From the NCBI GenBank assembly GCA_000002445.1, contig CM000208.1, positions 3,744,001 through 3,808,000 on the forward strand: DNA of 64,000 nucleotides, read 5' to 3'. The position numbers and the translations under genes are program-made. This document shows positions 61,701-64,000 of the stretch, in pieces. A model generated the notes under the pieces. It did no database searches, was not told the DNA's origin, and saw only the letters and a program-made list of their open reading frames with translations. This stretch comes from Trypanosoma brucei. Taxonomy: Eukaryota. How positions within the stretch are numbered: the first letter of the stretch is position 1; the number at the start of each line of letters is the position of its first letter.

Positions 61701-64000
61701 TAACCGCCTTTCTTGCTTGTGATTACAACTCTTTTAGCATACATGACATGCTGGACCATAAAGAACTACCGATTGCCGACCCATTTCAGAGAACGGCGAT
61801 CCAGGAACTTCTGTCCAAGCCAACGGATACACTCTCCGATGAAGCAATTGGGTCCATCGTTACCGTTTTGAGGCTCCTTCTGAGGCATGGGGTGTCCGTG
61901 CAGGGTAATTTTGACGCCCTAGGGAATGATGCGTGGATGATGGCTGTTTGTTCGTCCCCAGGGAAGGGTATCGCCTTGCAAGTCTTTCTGGAGGAGCATG
62001 TGGAACTGGGCGAAGAGGATATTGCAAGTGAAACTGGTGAAAGTTTCACTCAACCGGCATTCAGCGACGGGAACAGGGACGAGGAGGAGGAAGAGGAGGA
62101 TGAGGAAAGGGAACAGCACCCACAGACTGAGTGTAGCAGTGAAGCAGACGGAGGGAGATCTGAAGATTTTCTGACCGAACCGTCAGCTTCGATGGTATCA
62201 GAAACTGCGACCATGAACAGTTCTCTAAGTTTAGTCTTGACTATGCGTCGCAAACCCGGTGAAGCTCTTGCGTCCTTCGGGTACGTACGGCGACGTGTTG
62301 GTAGGCGTCGTGGTCAAAGGTCGAGTGAATACTACGCCTCGCTCATTTTTGCATGTGCGGAAAATAACCCACAGCTCCTTGCTAAGTTCATAACTGAATA
62401 TCCGCATGTCCTTTCAACGGATGTCATTAATTCTAAGACGGGGGAAACGCTTTTGATGTACCTGCTACGCCGAGCATCGGATCTGTATGTTTTGGAATGT
62501 GGGTTGCGTAATCTGTTCCTATGGGAGGGTAAGACCGATGCTCCTACACCCTCACCAGATTCTGCCGGGGCGTTACTCTACGACACCCCTCAGACGCACC
62601 CCACCGTTGAATCAGGCAGCACGCCTTACCGCGACCCCCTTACAATCCCGGGCGTTCGGATTCTTCTTGGAGTTGTGGATCAGCTCCTGCGAACATTCAG
62701 TTTCAACAATCTGCATTACGAGTGCAATGGGCAAACCGCCCTAACACTAGCCGCGCGGCTCAGTTGTAATCCGGCTGTTCGACACATTGTAATACAGGGG
62801 TGCCAACAAGCGGGGAGTGACACAACAACGGTTGTGCTTAGTTCGCCGTCGAAAAGCTCGACCAAGGTCTTAGGGTGGGGGACGCTAAGCGGAGGCGACA
62901 GGAGCCCCGCACGAATGAGTAGCCCTTGCAATGAGGGACTCCAGAACGAATTGCGCATATTTAATTGTTGGATGTCGCTCTGCAATTGTTTGTATTACAC
63001 CGAAGAAGATATGGAGGCTTTGTTTGCAGTTCTACGTCACCTGCCGAGTAGCATAAGGGTGTCATTCCTGGGAATGGTGTACCCTAACTTGCACCCGATG
63101 GTTGCCCTGCGTGTAGCAGTTCTGTACACTAATGCTATGAAACGTATTCTTATCAAGCCTATGGTTTCAAGTACTTTTTGGTGCAGCGTATTCTATGCCC
63201 AGTTTGTTGGACGACTGGAAGAGGAAGTATTGAGGAATGGCAAGTGGAACACACTTCTCAGTATACTACTACCGTGTGCCTCCGCGATTCCCATATACCT
63301 CTTGAAATCAATGCCATCATTTCCAGAGACGTCCCCCGATGACCTTTTGCCCGGCACTTCACTGGCGAGCGTCACGCCCACGGAACAAAGTACCGAGAGA
63401 ATAGCAAGAGGGAGTGTGTTGCAGCAGCCGTCAAACTGGAGAACGATAATCAACGGGACAGAGCAGTACATCAAACAAATTGCTACAGCAGCTGTATGTG
63501 CTGTGGCACCGGTGCATCTTACCTCTGGTACACAAAGCTATAAGAACCTTCCTGCAGTTCGGCAAAGTTTTCTTTCGGAGATGGCCTCACACTTTCACGA
63601 AGTGCTCGAACTGGCAGTGCGCTTTGACAACTGTGCTCTACTTAGTGCACTTATAAATATGCTTCCAGCTGATCTTTGCCACTGTCTAAAGTTCGAGTGG
63701 CGTTGTTTGATGGAAAAGAACCACCTTCCAGTGATTGCGGTGACTGCAGGGAGCGTTAACGTGCTAAAGTACCTTGAACGCATTCCAGAAGCGGGGCGGT
63801 ATGTGACCTATGACCGTTATGACCGCATCGACACGGATACTGGCATGCCTGATGACTATGCTGCAAATGAACACAATGCACAGCAGGATGCAACTCAGCC
63901 TCGTCGGCGCTCGATCAGTCTACCTTCCATCGCGTTCCTAGGGAGTAACGAAAGGCCCCAAAACACCTTAAGCCCCCACAAGGGCTTAGATAAGGCAGGC
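55760..64000 (+). CDS. Very large ankyrin-repeat protein with a SPRY/B30.2-like region. It is partial: the ORF runs off the 3' end of the window and more than 2740 codons are visible
   Basis: ATG at 55760. The frame ends exactly at base 64000 and no complete + strand ORF is listed in the track. Only short antisense ORFs overlap it. Multiple ANK repeats are visible, for example TPLHCALLEGHTNCAHLLL, TALHLACENGQLAVVRALIAGGAQLNVQNKASFATPLHLAVESGHEKVAL and GDTVLHAAARKGMLSVIEYI. Confidence 0.65.
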   Translation, partial: MTSAAALRPPVTLLWDARVSCSTQEKGKQDGSSPVLDSEPHIISLGELDVLSCSDEELELHLNGIRDLVQSRPDSWLKKKGGKGFSKRQLALIQDELVHYQGVLKQANEILSWLLCRLNDRISVLRRDESMLREYYESLERGTGIDEDYNMHKKDKFHRRLRESKRRAPIKRYSKELEFLTSRHTQLVQLLTTVESEERAYNVRGADEDTSRRSKLLSPEDTKIEEIYRDAAAAGGGKAVTLMRMRALQPLIRKEQELRFVPPLLASDVHSRLRKEIILPFSVRVLALKIEKGNIIGDKFVQWYINTVVDPLTMAQLVELVPREHLVTTTVRLAKVCDAYPQSRRAQPLPDISHVVLESVSEGRIDAFASLVLSTSATCTRALRDKDEEAIILFSAVITAQVEVIRRIISVGFYNTNALNVWLFLNPNNKCNYYKTYVHETTNNVKKYLSSLSRSSRDHLSTEGAEEDVIEMAQITLTQKWEEWDSSLLTGGLGASLRHFLNNRLLWKRNTSTPKPRSSASRGGRDSAAEGWEKGHGMDVSLSVSFTPSLLNKLTSGDPTFSSLLSRRKFDRLPMSAPKCAVLPATSTPMLRRVDPWGYTPLETTGAHLLLVGDTSTVNAHVVRLPARRMTKWNEHVPNEPQDVRMQRDQMQTLIDSHGTRFYYEVHISLFFLINDVPLSPSPFEYTAAASENATSEGLPSQQRCTAYVGWCSEECVAAADGYSSNQPLGSDTSSIGISFDVVHRHRLDELTEEVILRPMKHAVGCTNTIEVANDGGEMQSVSLIRMYFQSWNRTPDGADENGSVSDDAISFGESRTSWVYSGLGTFSSEGFSLEKPRQPSETVVPFVKLVGEGNEESATEEDDSDDIPRVIRNVFRLAGVPVYKSQSIVIGCHVDMTTRSASYTVNGVSLGTVFTALPSATGLRPAVSLQVSEEMKSILQGVNQSDSTVVRFVFDRHLLLSHHMELLEPGAVEIESTTRSSSLQDIKPLGGSEEVELIPGMGITKDALLFDGDMMQCAMVRLLTGAERGSCSDAFDDEELMKGGRESISLGTALRVRTSSIRALLNNPTPNEDLLFFPPVLLRRRSDESEKVASGITIIPEDAMLAPLCAALAMRQRIAAYQIVIHPLLDFETSNHIMLQQRRMAVLACSTLGYEEVLYVLLQRMAIHEVVALFSIKAPAAPQDSQPKLNRRFAIIPANSANKITSASTLQYFHYTPLHCALLEGHTNCAHLLLFYLNRALGKEYLRHALNVFSRGGETALVISSRVGYTDIAKRLLALGASPFLFDRVTRSNCLELACAGGSEEIALALLDTPDFHSPVAVNQAGSAPPLCWCALKNISALVRPLLENGADPNVTLDGPTPLFLAVMFESQEVALELLRYCESTANKTAPSANAYRAALRKRFGAPTARRPGGEELGDEGPLAMLDVDAMDPRTQCTALHLACENGQLAVVRALIAGGAQLNVQNKASFATPLHLAVESGHEKVALDIVEYAKNKLRRGHEVLDINAIDKSGDTVLHAAARKGMLSVIEYIMSQFSEEEVARIHKNHDFSKRPSPANVLAVNRQGHTPLLAAIHAHQEEAAQLIASLVPDYLANPGGAIVSGTCVAISESDVEGLDNVTLFLLSSPNYVATEDFRKRFFDHYNAKRAEMDLSEDYPNSEEVRRPRVALHVNKRHSKRRGRRVRVVPSFRKQRMSFRLSISSMYGVGRSRGSTSAVARDVRTEDSRSRWVVANEHLARSKMTRIAPRRCSMFVRMLLAKGYRNPTTRKTIQFLKQGFAIDELYAMLDVISFETLRKAQSHWSMQYTDSIISFLHMFGGVHVAPIDAVLFIRKLFYSHELTENVDKEQVEESKQKLMNMRPLCRDLVNMVRTRGTLTDCVEDMRQMVLQSGLSGDKLTEELTSPFGYTVLQLAATLSLANVCTYLINECHMSPLFVPAGHSDESTSNATTTRARSDDEDSEQKWLLSPFRLAVRTLNIEVITAFLACDYNSFSIHDMLDHKELPIADPFQRTAIQELLSKPTDTLSDEAIGSIVTVLRLLLRHGVSVQGNFDALGNDAWMMAVCSSPGKGIALQVFLEEHVELGEEDIASETGESFTQPAFSDGNRDEEEEEEDEEREQHPQTECSSEADGGRSEDFLTEPSASMVSETATMNSSLSLVLTMRRKPGEALASFGYVRRRVGRRRGQRSSEYYASLIFACAENNPQLLAKFITEYPHVLSTDVINSKTGETLLMYLLRRASDLYVLECGLRNLFLWEGKTDAPTPSPDSAGALLYDTPQTHPTVESGSTPYRDPLTIPGVRILLGVVDQLLRTFSFNNLHYECNGQTALTLAARLSCNPAVRHIVIQGCQQAGSDTTTVVLSSPSKSSTKVLGWGTLSGGDRSPARMSSPCNEGLQNELRIFNCWMSLCNCLYYTEEDMEALFAVLRHLPSSIRVSFLGMVYPNLHPMVALRVAVLYTNAMKRILIKPMVSSTFWCSVFYAQFVGRLEEEVLRNGKWNTLLSILLPCASAIPIYLLKSMPSFPETSPDDLLPGTSLASVTPTEQSTERIARGSVLQQPSNWRTIINGTEQYIKQIATAAVCAVAPVHLTSGTQSYKNLPAVRQSFLSEMASHFHEVLELAVRFDNCALLSALINMLPADLCHCLKFEWRCLMEKNHLPVIAVTAGSVNVLKYLERIPEAGRYVTYDRYDRIDTDTGMPDDYAANEHNAQQDATQPRRRSISLPSIAFLGSNERPQNTLSPHKGLDKAG

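Overview
This window reads as a nuclear chromosome segment from a kinetoplastid, most likely a Trypanosoma species. Seventeen intron-less protein-coding genes all lie on the + strand with no strand switch, which is the pattern of a single polycistronic transcription unit. The intergenic regions carry polypyrimidine tracts of the kind used as trans-splicing and polyadenylation signals, plus many di- and trinucleotide microsatellites ((TA)n, (TG)n, (CAA)n, (TTA)n). The species assignment is inference from this gene organisation and from the presence of a secreted MIP-type FKBP. I found no rRNA, no convincing tRNA, no CRISPR array, no prokaryotic operon and no defence-system-like architecture. 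The window is dominated by very large ORFs with internal tandem repeats and by conserved eukaryotic housekeeping genes that depart from the canonical form in unusual ways.

Genes I can support by motif:
- Dynein light chain LC8, with a C-terminal extension.
- A secreted MIP-type FKBP, followed in tandem by a membrane-anchored, degenerate FKBP paralog.
- A FYVE zinc-finger protein.
- An LST8 (TOR-complex WD40) homolog with two large low-complexity insertions.
- A TruA-family pseudouridine synthase whose catalytic Asp appears substituted.
- A sphingosine/diacylglycerol-kinase-type lipid kinase.
- APC10/DOC1.
- A mitochondrial carrier.
- Proteasome lid subunit Rpn9/PSMD13.
- A giant ankyrin-repeat plus SPRY-like protein that runs off the 3' end of the window.

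Three tandem arrays stand out. A 2402-aa protein carries about 14 copies of a 57-bp repeat. A 3452-aa protein carries about 26 near-identical copies of a 210-bp repeat followed by about 22 copies of a 72-bp repeat; this looks like a repetitive antigen or cytoskeletal protein. All of these arrays are open in several frames, which produces artefactual overlapping and antisense ORFs.

The most unusual non-coding feature is a roughly 3-kb gene-free, extremely low-complexity interval between the FYVE and LST8 genes. I did not find anything that I would call a previously undescribed biological system with confidence. The domain-level deviations and the repeat architectures are the best leads.
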